A stretch of 64,000 nucleotides of DNA from Eledone cirrhosa (GCA_964016885.1 OZ024751.1:16678001-16742000), one strand, 5' to 3'. Positions 1 through 13,952 are shown, numbered from the stretch's first letter. The notes: a model not told the origin generated them from the sequence alone. Made by a program: numbers and translations.

Positions 1-696
1 CGGCTGTGTTCAGACATAGAGAGGCAATGGGCCCCCACAGAGAATAAACTGTACAAGATACGTTGTATATCACTACACCCCGCCTCCTACAACTCCATAA
101 GGAAGTAGAGGTTTATAGACACAATAAAGGCTCAACTGCATTGAATCTTATAATTGCCAAGTATCACTTTACTAGAAAGTAGAAATCAGCTTTAAAACAC
201 TAATTTGGATACATGTAAACACGAGGATCGGCTGTAGTGTTCATAGGCTGACCAATATACTCTTATGGAATCACCAAATGAGGTTTATTTATCAATATAT
301 TAACAAGAAGAGTTGAAATTAATGCATGCAATATTTCACCGCTCTAGCATTAATCCGTTATAGTTAGACTATGAAATTTCTGTCGACCCTCGTATATAGT
401 GTGTCTCGGCCAGCAACGAATGTATGTAGCCCTACTTTTTCGCCTCTCTTTCCATCAAAGGAAATAAAAATCATAATACAAATTATAACGGGTCATAAGT
501 TGAAAACACTCAAAAAGGTTTCATCCTGTGGGTCATCTTTTCGAATCACCACCCAATCCTTTGTTTAGAAATTCATATGTTTTTAATTGTTATTAGTCTA
601 ACCTTTGAACCATGAAAGTAACCTTTAGTTTATTCTACGATAATTGATTTGAAAACATTCATTGGTTTCTTAGAATCATCTTATTTTTCATTTAGT

Positions 697-886
697 TATC
701 TGCCAACTCTCCCCGTCCGACCGGGAGATTTGCAAAAGATTTTGGGGTGAGTGAGAGATGTCTTCTTTTGTGAAAATGTGTACAGCTTTCATTATATAAA
801 ATCCCCCCATTTTGCCATATTTCTAAAGTTTTGGGGTATCTTTTCAAGGTACTCTTCGTTTTGGTTTTTAGAGGTTGGCAGGTATG
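697..886. mobile_element. About 190-bp MITE, hAT-like termini (CAGACCTGCCAAC type)
   Basis: Homologous to 4361-4556, 44367-44555 and 53095-53269; ends ..GAGGTTGGCAGGT(C/A)TG. Confidence 0.6.
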
Positions 887-892
887 GTATCG

Positions 893-1213
893 CATTTCGT
901 CTTGTATCATAGGTTCCTGTATATTATAGTAATCTTGTATTCTGCTGTGAATTTACTGCGTTATATTTCTTCTATCATTGGTTTCTGCGTTATATTTCGG
1001 CTTGTATCATAGGTTCCTGCGTTATATTTGATCTTGTATTATAGGTTCCTGCGTTATATTTGATCTTGTATCATAGGTTCCTGCGTTATATTTTGTCTTG
1101 TATCATAAGTTTCTGCGTTATATTTGGTCTTGTATCGTAGCTTCCTGCGTTATATTTCGTCTTGTATCATAGGTTCCTGTATAATATAATACTATTGTAT
1201 TCTGCTGTCAATT
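893..1213. repeat. Minisatellite, about 31-bp unit
   Basis: Repeated ctgcgttatatttcgtcttgtatcataggttc. Confidence 0.85.
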
Positions 1214-3311
1214 CACACATATATTTATATGTTCTTCTGTTGCTTAGACAGCCTTTAAACAACTCACATCTTTGTTTTTCACAAAAAATAAAATGTTTAT
1301 CTTTGGAAATTTTACATTAATTTTTTTTACCAATTTTTCCTGGCGCTATTTCATTAAATATTTAAAAGCAAAAATACTTGCCTTCTTGTGAATTATGGTA
1401 TCCATCTTAAGTGTTGCTTCTACCAAAATTGTTATGTCATATCCCTTGTGATTTGCAGCGAATGATTCTGACAACTAATACGATAAGATAATAACTGAAT
1501 AAGATTTGCATCATCAGTTTAGTTTTATAATTTTCCTTTGATTAACGAGGTTCTAAGAATTTGTCTAGATTCTTGTAATCACCGACATAATTACTCCTCT
1601 TTATTGAGATATGTTCCCGTTTATGTTTCTCTTCAAACATTCTTGTGAATCGAGATACCACTCAAATTTGTTACAAGTATATATTTGGGAAATTTATATT
1701 GATTCAAATTGTTTCTGTAATCCATTAGAAATATTCTCACTCTCTACAAAGCTTATCGCTATTTGTCCAATCGACGATTACAGAGAGAACACGTTGAACA
1801 AACAAACTATAAAATTGCAATTTCGAATACTGATAAGAAACACAATTTATGTAGTGATTCGGAAATAGACAGTCATGAATGCATTCAATTATTGTCCTTA
1901 TATCATTTCTTCGTAATAGTTAATGTTATAAAAATATGTGTATCTTAGTGTTTCGTTATGTTGTCTTTCTAACTTCATTTCCATTCTATTCTTTGAATTT
2001 CTATAAAAGAGTTTTATGTGTCTGTTGGATTTACTATTTGTTGGTAATACACCGTTCAAAAGTCCAATAAAAAGTCATCACTTTATTTCAACACTCCACT
2101 TCTCATCCAAGGGCAAATATCGATCAATATTTTCGTTCTTACTCTTATAAATGGGTGGCGAATAGGTCACTAGAACACCGAATAGAATAATTTATGGTTT
2201 TTGTTTCGGCTCTCAGCTCTTTGAGTTCAAATCTCACCGAGGTCAACTTTGCCTTTCATCCTTACAGGATCGATAAAACAAAGTACCAATAATTGTTTCT
2301 ACGTTAGACACAAGGCAAGCAATTACCCAGTGTATTACTGGTACTTTATTTTATCGACCCCGTAAGGACGAAAGGCAAAGTTAACCTCGGCGGGATTTGA
2401 ACTCAAAGTACCAGTAATGCACTGGGGTTGGTTTAATCGACTTTCCCATCCCCCAAATGTGTTGGCCTTGTGCCTAAATCACAAACCATTACTAATATTA
2501 TTAGCTGCTCTGACATCGATGGATTTGTTTTATCAGTAGAGCTTGGACACCCTGCTTTGAGTCATTAAAACGTCGTATAGGGGACTTTGCGTTATTCCGG
2601 CCCTCTGCTCTCTGAGTTCAAATCCCGCCGAGGTCAACTTTGGTTTTAATCCATTCAAGGTCGATAAAAAAGTACCAGACTAGTACTGGGGTCGGTTCGT
2701 CCTCTCTATCTCTTTCTCCCTTTCGATACCTCACTCTCTATCCTTTTCTTAAAGAAATTCGTTTTATTAAGACCTGGAGAAAAATGGGCCATGTTTTGAA
2801 ATGCCTTAGAAACACCCTATATCAACGCGACGCACCTTCGACTCCCTCGGGGCAAAAATATCACCTAATTTATAACTTTTAAGACCTTGTACTGATCTGA
2901 AAGCTGTTTACCATCAGATTCCTCCTCACAATAATGGTTTCTGATTTAGGCATAAGGCCAACAATTTTGGAAGAGGAGAATGTCGATTAAATTGACACCA
3001 ATACGTTAATTTTGCTTTGTGTTATCGACCCCGCAAGCATGAAAGCTAAATAACGATAAGAGATACAGTGAGTTTCAAACTGAGAGAAATTTATTCCAGT
3101 GAAATTACCCTTTAGTGTGACCTTTGGTGTGACCTTTATTTAAATAGTTATAGATCGACAATGACAGCAACGAAAATTCACGTCTATCCGAATGATGTTA
3201 TTGTCATTGGAAATACTATTGTGGTGCAAGATGGGAACATATGATATATTCTAGTTAATAGGAGACTTAACATTGCATTGAAATTATCCGACACGCACCC
3301 ATCTATAATGT

Positions 3312-3457
3312 GAAGGCGCATGGCTTAGTGGTTAGAACATCAGGCTTGCAATCGAAAGGTTGTAAGTTCAATTCTCGGATCGGGTGATGTGTTGTTTCCT
3401 TGAGCAAGACTCTTTATTTCACGTTGCTCCAGTTTACTCAGCTGTAGAAATGAGATG
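3312..3457 (+). mobile_element. tRNA-derived SINE with CORE-like central domain (family 2)
   Basis: A box TGGCTTAGTGGTTAG, B box GTTCAATTC, then CCTTGAGCAAGACTCTTTATTTCACGTTGCTCCAG. Relatives at 45378-45700 (+), 21120-21350 (-), 31480-31715 (-) and 48915-49030 (-). Confidence 0.75.
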
Positions 3458-4360
3458 AAAGGACTGGGGCCCGTATCATTAAATTACCCAAGACACCCTC
3501 AACGAGATATACCAACGAGGAGGCCAGCTAAACCTGCATAGGTGTGAGCTGTCACACACATCTATTATCTAGAATACAATATAGTAAATATTGTTTCTAT
3601 TTTAGGCACAAGGCCAGCAATTAACCAGTACATTACTGGTACTTTATTTTATCGACCCCGTAAGGATGAAAGGCAAAGTTAACTTCGGCGGGATTTGAAC
3701 TCAGATCATAGAGGGACGTAACTCTATGCTTCAAAGCATGGCGTCCGACTCTCTACCGATACAATATAGTAAATATTTTACCTAATCAGGAAAAATTTAA
3801 GCCCGTTGTTGATTACCCGAGCCCTAGGAAGGGAAAACAACAACAATTCTGACCGAGTTGCTTCGGTTACTTATTCAAATGAATGTCTTCTTTCTCGGAT
3901 GTATTTCAACTCCTATTGAATGCCAGTTTTCCATTACAAAGAAAACATCAAGATGCTATTAATCTGGTTATAACTTTAATAGTTAATATCTCTCGTCCAC
4001 TCTCCCCCTACTCATCTACTTAGCTGTAGATTCTGTACACGATCAAAATAATATTTTGAGAAAACAATTCCGAGTCTGTGTACATAAATTAATGAACATA
4101 TTGTTTTTGTCTCCAGATTTCTTTCTCAATCTGAATAAAATTTCTCATTAATTGGAAAGGAAGCTCTTAGTTATGAGAAATGTTATGAATTAGCAAATAA
4201 TTTTACCCCGAAGCTGTTCTATTTTACAAGCCGATTAACAAGTGATCTCATCCATATTTAATCATAGAGAAGAAACGAAGAATTATAGAACTTTTGTTCT
4301 ACGATTATGACATCCAACACAGTAACAACAGATGTGACGTAACTAATGATGCTCATACCG

Positions 4361-4556
4361 CAGACATGTCAACACTCTCAGTCCGACGGGGAGATCTCCC
4401 ACCCACTTTAGAGTGGGTGAGAGATGTCTTCTCTTGTTAAAATAGGTATAGCTTTCATTATGTAAAATCTCCCCATTTTGCCCCATTTCTCCCCGTTTTG
4501 GGGCACTTTTTTTTTATTGCACTCCCCGTTTGGGGTTTTAGAGGTTGGCAGGGCTG
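4361..4556. mobile_element. About 190-bp hAT-like MITE copy
   Basis: Imperfect terminal inverted repeats CAGACATGTCAAC ... GTTGGCAGGGCTG. Confidence 0.65.
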
Positions 4557-5013
4557 ATACTACATGCTCAGGCATATGAACATTTATCGGAGTGTCAGAC
4601 TTACATAGACTTTTGTGTCATCTAGACCTGTCTCGATTATGGTACTATTTCAGATCTCAGAATTTGTTATATTCGTTGGAGGATGATATTAACCCCCGGC
4701 CCAATACACACACAAAAAAAGCGAAAAAAAAAAACAACCCTCCAAAGCCTTTAACAAACGTATGAAATGTTCTATAATAGAAACCATGATTCTACTCATC
4801 CCCATGCCAAATTTATCAAGTTGAATACAAGTTGAATACAATTTGAATATTTCAGTAATGTCTCGCTATTGAAGCTAGTCGATTGCGATTACCAGTTAAT
4901 TGATGATTTCTGATTTAAACACAACGACGCCAGTAATTTAGGGGAATAGGAAACGTCGATGATATCGCCTCAAATACTTGACTGGTATTTTATTTTTATA
5001 GCCCGGGACCAAT

Positions 5014-5083
5014 GATTGTTAAAGTCAGATTGTTAAAGCCAGATTGTTAAAGCCAGATTGTTAAAGCCAGATTGTTAAAGCCA
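5014..5083. repeat. 14-bp tandem repeat, 5 copies
   Basis: gattgttaaagcca repeated. Confidence 0.9.
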
Positions 5084-5494
5084 TAACAAGTACCGAAGCC
5101 TTTTTAATCTGGCACTCTAATGATCCCAATGTAACACCTTGTCATTATCTATTACGTGGATTGGCAGTATCGGTAGAGGGTCTGAAGCCATGCTTTGCAG
5201 CAAAGAGTTACGGCCCTTTACGGTCTGAGTTCAAATCCTGCCGAGGTTAACTTTGCCTTTCATCCTTACGGAGTCGATAAAATAAAGCACCAGTAATACA
5301 CTGGGATAATTGCTGGCCTTGTGCCAAAAGTAGAAACAATTATCTATTAATAAATAATAAACACATCCATTTGCGTTTGTATGTTAATCTGTAAGAGCTC
5401 CAGCGATAAGGGTTGGCCTGAATACTGAATTGAAGACAGTGAGTTTGGCTTTTTATACTTATCTCCATTCTAATTACTGAGCTCCAATGACCAT

Positions 5495-5650
5495 TCTTCT
5501 TCTTCTTCTTCCTCCTCCTCTTCTTTACACTCTTATTTCTGAGAGAATTGTGGGGAGTAAAGTCCTCAAACACTCCTTCCAGCGGGTCCTGCCTGAAGCA
5601 ACAATCTCCAGTTGATCCGCCTTGATCTCCAAGCGAGACCAGACGAGCTC
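5495..5650 (-). mobile_element. RTE-clade LINE 3' end with (GAA)n tail
   Basis: Minus strand translates ELVWSRLEIKADQLEIVASGRTRWKECLRTLLP, followed by a GAA-rich tail. Confidence 0.6.
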
Positions 5651-5669
5651 GTGTCTGCTATCTTTTAGT

Positions 5670-6015
5670 TAAGACTATCTCATATATCCTAATAGGAGAC
5701 TTCAATGCACATTTTGGCACTAAGCAGGTAACATGGAAAGGAATGATTGGAAGAAACGGCGATCCGGATCTAAATACGAATAGAGAGGAGTTTATTAAAC
5801 TTCTGTTCTAGTAATGGGTACTCTATTATGGACACCTTCTAGCACAAATATATCCATAAATATACATGGTATATGGGGAATCAGGGAAAGAGATCAATAA
5901 TTGATTTTATTATTGATTCAGATCTCTTCATCTCTTCTATTCTGGATGGTCGTGGTAAGAGAGGTGCTGATCTGTCAACTGATCACAATCTAGTTATCTG
6001 CGGCTTGAGACTAAC
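5670..6015 (+). pseudogene. Degenerate AP-endonuclease domain of an RTE-clade LINE
   Basis: ILIGDFNAHFG..WKGMIGRNG..LLNFCSSNG..HKYTWY..RSIIDFII..RGADLSTDHNLV, with stops and frameshifts. Confidence 0.85.
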
Positions 6016-6078
6016 TGCTGCGGTCATCACATGTTAAAAATAAACACATGACTGATCCTATTCTCTGCAAACTTTTAG

Positions 6079-6415
6079 TCATACACTGTACAATTTAGAT
6101 TTGCACTTCTTGGAGCAAAGACCAGACAATAAAAGGAGTGAAAGCAAATCTCCTTTAAATATTCCGGTTATTATATGAATTATATCATTTTGTAGGAAGA
6201 ATTTATTGCACTTTAGTATCACATTTGCTTTCAATTTATCAATATTATTGGTATGAATCACATAATCACTAGAAGTAATTAGTACATTCTTATTGATTCA
6301 ATGTGTCATTGAATGCATTTCACTATCATACTCATTTTATTGTAATCCAAACAGTGTGTAAATTCATGTTTCAGCATTCAATATTATACGATTCTTTTGC
6401 ATATCATTATAATTA
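6079..6415 (-). pseudogene. Degenerate non-LTR reverse transcriptase fragment (R4-like)
   Basis: GIFKGDLLSLLL resembles the GIFQGDSLSPLLF motif; an eroded YDSV-H-like segment lies upstream. Confidence 0.55.
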
Positions 6416-7125
6416 CATTCAAATCCCGCCGAGGTTAACTTTGCCTTTCATCCTTACGGGGTCGATAAAATAAAGTACCAGTAATGTACTGGATAATTGC
6501 TGGCCTTGTGCCAATAGTAGAAACAATTATAATTACATATATCCTTATTATAATTAATTGTTTCTACTTTTGGCACAAGGTCAGCAAATACCCAGTGCAT
6601 TACTGGTACTTTATTTTATCGACCGCGTAAGGATGAAAGGCAAAGTTAACCTCGACCGGATTTGAACTCAGACCGTAAAGGGATGTAACTATGCTAGAAA
6701 GCATGGAGTCCAACCCTCTACCGATACTGCCAATTCACCGCCCTTATTATAATTAATTGTTTCTACTTTTGGCACAATGCCAGCAATTATACAGTAGATT
6801 ACTGGTACTTTATTTTATCGACGCCGTAAGGATGAAAGGCAAAGTTAACCTCGGCGGGATTTGAACTCAGAATGGCAAGGGCCGTAACTCTATGCGTCAA
6901 AGTATGGCGTCCAACCCTCTACCGATACTGCCAATTCACCGCCCTTATTATAATTAATTGTTTCTACTTTTGGCACAAGGTCAGCAAATACCCAGTGCAT
7001 TACTGGTACTTTATTTTATCGACCCCGTTAGGATGAAAGGCAAAGTCAACCTCGGCGGGATTTGAACTCAGATCGTAAAGGGACGTAACTATGCTGGAAA
7101 GCATGGCGTCCGACACTCTACCGAT
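6416..7125. mobile_element. Cluster of the dominant about 190-bp tRNA-derived SINE (one partial + copy and three tandem - copies)
   Basis: Consensus GGCGGTGGATTGGCAGTATCGGTAG (A box)..GAGTTCAAATCCCGCC (B box)-GCCTTTCATCCTTACGGGGTCGATAAAATAAAGTACCAG (resembles the Meta domain)..GTAGAAACAATT. About 30 copies in the window, e.g. near 2200-2700, 3590, 5157, 7370, 8023, 9983, 15417, 19445, 21352, 23123, 26960-27713, 33365, 47885, 52890, 54600 and 62175-62605. Confidence 0.9.
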
Positions 7126-10100
7126 GAGGATAACTTAACAGAATAGTTAGACTACCCAACAGCAACATGCCATACTTTAGTTACAGCTCTTTACGGTCTA
7201 AATTAAACCCATTCCTTTCATACTTTCGGGATAGTTAAAATAAAGTACCAGTCAAGTACAGCGTTGAGATCAATATAACGAACACTCCTCCCTTATACCC
7301 CAAAATTGTTGGTATTGTCCCTGAATTAGGAACCATTCTTCTTCTTCCTCTTACTATTTTTATTGTTGGTTGATTGACAGTATCGGTAGAGCGTCAGACA
7401 AAATGCTTTCTGCAATATAGTGACAGTGCTTTACGTTCTGAGTTCAAATCCCGCCGAGGTCGGCTTTGCCTCTCATTCGTACGGGGTCGATAAAATAAAG
7501 TACCAGTAATGCTCTGGAGTCGATTTAATCGACTTTCCCCTCCGCCAAAATGTCTGGCCTTGTGGCTATATAAGAAACCATTATACAGGAAGATAATTTC
7601 AACCCTGTTGATTGCTGATATATCTTCCTAATTAGTGTTGATATGAGGGGCTTATGTCCTGATTAGTGTTGACTTAAGGGGCTTATGAAAGTCACATTGA
7701 ATCATGATTGGCCTGTAGTTTTAAGGTCGGTCATCTGTATTTGGGTTCTTTTATAGATGGATTGTTTTTCTTTGAGTATTTCCCTTCGATATTTAGGATG
7801 GGCATTTTATTTTATTAAGTTAATGGCAGTTGGTTGGCAGAATCTTTAGATTCACGGGCCTTGTGATATTTGGTCAGGCGCATTATGTTCTGGATTCACA
7901 AGACAAAGAGGCTATCTTTGTATTTCATATTTCTAACAGTCGAAAAAACTAAAGTACCATCATAATCACCCTGATCACAAAAGGTTAACTTTGCATTTCA
8001 TATATCTATCTTTCGACAAAATAATTGTTTCTACATTTGGCACAAGGCCAGCAATTACTCCAGTGCATTACTGGTACTTTATTTTATCGACCCCGTAAGG
8101 ATGAAAGGCAAAGCTAACCTCGGCGGGATTTGAACTCAGATCATAAAGGGCCATAACTCTATGCTGCAAAGCATGGCGTCCGACCCTCTACCGATACTGC
8201 CCATAATGTACCAAGTTTAGTACCGGGTCGATTTACTCGACGTCCCACCACTAAAACCGCCGTCACCCAAACCTTTACAACCACCATCACCACCACCACC
8301 ACCAATTTTGCTGGTCTATTGTCTAAATCAAATTTATTAATGTAATTATCCATATTTGAATGTAAGATTTATACCTATTTTCTCCCAAAAAACTTACGAT
8401 TTTGTCGACACAGCGTAAATTGCTTTGTTTTCTCTCAGACCTTCCATTATGTTTTTTGCTGCTATGTCTTCCGTTCTTCTGGTGCCACATAATAATAGTT
8501 TTAGATTTCTTTTTGTAGGGTTTATGGCTTACTTAATATGGCTTTAGTTTTTTCAATATTTTACTCTAGAATCATATAACATTCTTTACATGGTTTTCTT
8601 CTACAGTTTTGTTATTTAATTCCCCTTTAAAGGTTTTCTTTATATCATCAGAATATATATATATTTTGTTTGAATTGTATCTCTGTGCTATGAAATATGG
8701 TGTCTGATGCTCTACCGCCCTTTATTACCTAACTAATACTAAAAAAAGATGTGAAATCTAACTGGTGGATGTGATTTATTGCCAGTGTGACCCTGCCAAA
8801 ATATGACAAACTTTAACTTTATTTATAAGTCAACTTTTATTTTTATTTAAATATATACAGAACTTTCTAAGAAATGCTGTGCACGGGAACAAATCATCCG
8901 AATACCAACAGACAGAAAGTTGTAATCTATTCACCAACAGTAATAATAGGGAAAAGACCGGGCTTGATCATGATGTAGTCAGTCTTCAGGGCCCATAATT
9001 CATAATGGAGTCGTAGGGTTGCCGTCCTGGTGGCGTATCTTTGGGCATTTTAAACCTTATGGGGCTCATCCCTCTCCAGATAGGAACAGAGACAATTTCT
9101 TCCACGGAAAGAATCGATACCAGTACGTGATTGGTATTTTATTATCTAGCTTGAAATTATGAAAGGCATAGTTAACTTCGGTGAGATTTAAGTTCAAAGC
9201 CCAATAACTGCTGCAAATACAGATGCTTTTATAATCAGAAGCTTCCACGAAATTGCCCAACCCCGCATTAGTCTTCACAGCGAAACGTAAAATAAACAAA
9301 TGCAGAGAAAATAATATCATTTAAATAATTCAGAAAAAAACATTAATGGCTGCCCATCAAAACTCAAAACAACTGAAGTAATTAAAATGTATAATAAAAC
9401 AAATTCTTGAAGCAAACGAAAATCTGGAGCAAATCCTATCACGCAAGATGTGACCCTTTGAAAACCGTGAGCACTTCTTCCAAAAGAAGATTTAAAAATC
9501 TAATATAAAATTACATTATAGGATATTAATTTTTCAAATCATGACACTGGAATATAAACTGACATTATTAGAAATTTAAGTATACCGGGAGAAATTATAT
9601 GACAAAAGTATTTAGCGCAACAAAAACGTACCGTTGGCCAGTACGGACGAGGAAGAAATGCAACAGCACCTCAAATATTGTCCAACTTAAACGCCACAAT
9701 ACTCACGAATACAGCAAGAATTGCAAGCAACTAGAAAACACTTTCCACTTACAACGTTCCAAAATTCTGGCTGATGCACAGAAGATATTTACATACAGTA
9801 GAATCATTGAATAAATTGCTAAACACATTAGATTCAGCATGTGGATGTCTGCTTGGGTTGGTGGGGGTGTTGTTGGTATGCGTGACTAAAATGAGGAAAT
9901 TAAAGAATAAAAAATACCTTAAAGTATTTTGTCCGATTCTCTAACTATTCTGTTAATTAACCACCCTCACACATGTTAAGTAATAATTGTTTCTACTTTT
10001 AGACACAAACCCAACAATTTGAGGGGGGAGGGGAAAGTTAATTAAATCGACCCAGTGCGTTACTGGTACTTTATTTTATCGACTACGTAAGGATGGAAGG

Positions 10101-11041
10101 TAAAGCTAACCTCGGTGGGATTTGAACATAAAAAGTTAGAAAGTAAAGGGCTGCAACTATGTGCTAATTTAGGCACAAAACCAATAATTTGAGGGGAGGG
10201 GAAAGTCAATTAAGTTGATCCCAGTGAGTTACTTTATTTTAACGATTTCGTAATGATGAATGTCAAAGCTAAACTCGGCTCGATTTGAACACAAAACGTA
10301 ACGTCCTAGTTATCTAATTAATAATAAAACCTGAAGTGAAAACAAAAGTTGCGTGTATTTTATTGTCAGTATGACCCTCCCAAAATGGACCGGCAATCGC
10401 TATGTGTAATCAGCTCCTGATTATTACTGGAATTCTATAGGAATCCAGCTTCTATAATTTTCAGCAAGGGCAGGTGAGTGCGTGGCTTTGATAAACGCCA
10501 AGCGGCAAGAAACAGCTGTCACCCATTCTCCCAGCATTTGCCGAAAATATAAATAAATGACATAGTCACTACTTTAAAACTGATAAGGATATCTGTTTCA
10601 ACACACGATTTTGCATCAAAGGTCTTACAAAATAAATACCAAAATAAAATGTGAAGTATCCTCCATGAAAAAATCCACCAACCCAAATAATAAATACGTG
10701 CCCATCGGAGAGATCGGGACGAAGAGTTTCAAAAGGATTGCCTTAGTTAATGTAAGAAAGTATCCGATCATCAGGTGACACCGCGGAAACAATGTTCCCA
10801 TTGCTCTAATATCTTCCGGTCTCATCTATCAGAAGTGGTAACGTGATATATTTCGTTCAAGAAAATCAAAACCACACTGACCCAGATGCGGGTCACAACC
10901 TTACGATAGTGAGTCAAAAACCTTTCCGATTAGTCCACAACATTTCACCTGGTTAATACTCAATATTTCGTAGTGATACTTTTGAATAATACACATATTT
11001 ATACATACATACATATACATACATATATATATTCATACATG

Positions 11042-11128
<87 letters not shown>

Positions 11129-11274
11129 ATAGAGAGAGAGAGAGGGAGAGAGGTTATATTTAATTTGTTGGGATACAACAAGCAAAATATTTTTATAACT
11201 GATATAAAGCACTCAACAAATTATTGGAGTAAATATACGATATATTAACAAATGGAAACTATATTTATAAAACC

Positions 11275-11351
11275 ATATTTATTTCATTATACATATTTCA
11301 AGGGCCACCAAGGCAAACTATGGTGCGCTTTCATCAGATAAAATATAATAT
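11275..11351 (-). ncRNA. Type I hammerhead ribozyme motif (family A)
   Basis: Minus strand: ATATTATATTTTAT-CTGATGA-AAGCGCACCA..TGGTGGCCCTT-GAA-ATATGTAT-A-ATGAAATAAATAT. Stem III is self-complementary with G.U pairs. Confidence 0.7.
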
Positions 11352-11477
11352 AGGTTATTTTTATAAATAAATATTCACATACCCTGAAAAAATGCAACCA
11401 TTCTGGTTGGAATCTCCTTAAAATATGTATAATGAAATAAATATGGTTTTATAAATATAGTTTACATTTGTTAATAT

Positions 11478-11570
<93 letters not shown>

Positions 11571-11888
11571 CGAAGGAAATGTGCTAAGGAACCAGGTGGA
11601 CCATAACGCACCAAAATACTCAATACTTAGGGTAGTAGAGTGGGTAATAGGAACGACTAAATTTAGTCCAGAATTAGCCGTCGAAACGGCTTGAGCTCAG
11701 CCGTCGGGGTCCTACTCGTTCCTATATATATATACACATACACGTACATACATATATATATATACATACATGAACATACATATATATATATGCAATCATG
11801 TACATACATATATATATATATGCATACATGTACATACATATATCTATATATACAATCATGTACATACATGTACACACACACGCACTCA

Positions 11889-11928
<40 letters not shown>

Positions 11929-12709
11929 CATACATACATACACATTGAGGTATGTATGTATGTATATATGTATGTATATACATATGTCGGGTCACTCTTG
12001 AGTGCTACTGGTAACATGTAACCCAGTACAAACTGTCGCATGGTCGGCGACTAAACCAGCAACCCCACCATGTTTACTTGGTGAGGAGGGTGATTTTGGA
12101 CACCCTGCAGGACAAAAAACAACCTGACAAAGGGCGGAAGAACTCATAATGGTCAACGGCCATCCAAAAGTGTGTAAATATGTATGTACACATGTACATG
12201 TGTGTATATATGTGTATATGCATGGGTGCATGTGTATGCACGGGGACATAGAAATAGTCGGGCTGGACACCCGATCGCGCGGTTAAACCATTGGGAGTGA
12301 AGGACCCCTAGCCATTCTCAGGGTATTTTTCTAGGAGAAGGCAACTCAGGAAACTGGGATAACTCCGATATAAAACCTGCGGCTCAGTAGTTACCGATAA
12401 TGTTAATCTTTTCTTCTTTTCGGGTTATAGCTACTGTCTCTCAGAGAGTGGGATTGGCTCAGTGCACAGTCTTTCCTCACTTTAAAAAATATCTTCACGC
12501 ACAAGCATTGCACGATAGAATTAATTAATTATTATTAATAATGGTATATCGTGCAATGGCCATACTCGATAACGAGGGGGCAGCCATCATCATATATATA
12601 TATATACGTTATTCCGGGTTGAATCGGAGGTAACCACAGCAAGTGGTCCTGTAGAATCTCATCTATATTAAACCTATATATTACTGTGAGAGCCCTGGTT
12701 TTCTGTTGA

Positions 12710-12791
12710 GCTCTGCTGATGAATGATATTCCAACCGTGACCATCTCCACTGAAAGTTTTCATGAAATAGTCTGTTAAGTCTATACAGAGC
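12710..12791 (+). ncRNA. Type I hammerhead ribozyme motif (family B, copy 1)
   Basis: GCTCTG-CTGATGA-ATGA..TCAT-GAA-ATAGTC tgttaa GTCTAT-A-CAGAGC; predicted cleavage after 12785. Confidence 0.75.
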
Positions 12792-13341
12792 ATTTGATGT
12801 TATTCCAAATTGAAGGATAAGTGTTTCAAACTTTGTTTTATCATGAGTTAAAGGTCTATAGATTTTTCCCTGGATTTTACTAAATTCTGTGGATGAATTT
12901 GTATCCTGATTCTCTTTTGAGATGAGTTTGAGTTATTTTTCCTAAATCTTTCGTTAACTACTTTTCCCATCTTGACATTATAGTCGCATATATGTTATAG
13001 AATGCCGTTAGCTTCTTGCTAAAACAATCTCTATACCTCTCATTTATATTTATACTCGGATTATTTTCCTAGAGTGCTTAAACTATCTGTGACTAATCCC
13101 GGTTTTTTTTCATAAAAAGTGTGATAACTATTGCTATTTTGCTGAACTCCTTTGTAGAGTTTTTTTTCAGAATGTATTTGACTGCTATTTCTTGTAAATA
13201 AACATTCACTTCCATCCTGACGTCACTAGCCCCGTTTTTTCCTCATGTGCTTTTTCATAAATACACATGAAGGCGAACTAGCCAGTTTTAGAATTCCCTT
13301 TTTCGGACTATATTACTGTGAGAGCCCTGGTTTTCTGTTGA

Positions 13342-13423
13342 GCTCTGCTGATGAATGATATTCCAACCGTGACCATCTCCACTGAAAGTTTTCATGAAAT
13401 AGTCTGTTAAGTCTATACAGAGC
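13342..13423 (+). ncRNA. Type I hammerhead ribozyme motif (family B, copy 2)
   Basis: Same sequence as 12710-12791, shifted by 632 nt. Confidence 0.75.
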
Positions 13424-13657
13424 ATTTGATGTTATTCCAAATTGAAGGATAAGTGTTTCAAACTTTGTTTTATCATGAGTTAAAGGTCTATAGATTTTTC
13501 CCTGGATTTTACTAAATTCTGTGGATGAATTTGTATCCTGATTCTCTTTTGAGATGAGTTTGAGTTATTTTTCCTAAATCTTTCGTTAACTACTTTTCCC
13601 ATTTTGACGTTATAGTCGCATATATGTTATAGAATGCCGTTAGCTTCTTGCTAAAAC

Positions 13658-13769
13658 GTCGGCTGGCGTTTACTCTCAGACACTCATAAACTTTTACAAT
13701 GTTTAATTATTATTAACTGTAATTTCTCGTTTTCTCTATTGTAATGTGTAACCATTAAATAATAAACAA

Positions 13770-13839
<70 letters not shown>

Positions 13840-13952
13840 TTGTTTATTATTTAATGGTTACACATTACAATAGAGAAAACGAGAAATTACAGTTAATAAT
13901 AATTAAACATTGTAAAAGTTTATGAGTGTCTGAGAGTAAACGCCAGCCGACG
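13658..13952. repeat. Perfect inverted repeat (about 113-bp arms) centred on a (TA)n tract
   Basis: cgtcggctggcgtttac...ataaacaact-(TA)n-agttgtttat...gtaaacgccagccgacg. Confidence 0.9.

Larger units (their letters stand above)
12678..13658 (+). mobile_element. Head-to-tail partial tandem repeat (632-bp unit, about 1.55 copies), Penelope-like terminal repeat or retrozyme
   Basis: 12678-13026 recurs almost identically at 13310-13658, with one hammerhead per unit. A diverged homologue lies at about 58960-59350 (-). Confidence 0.75.
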
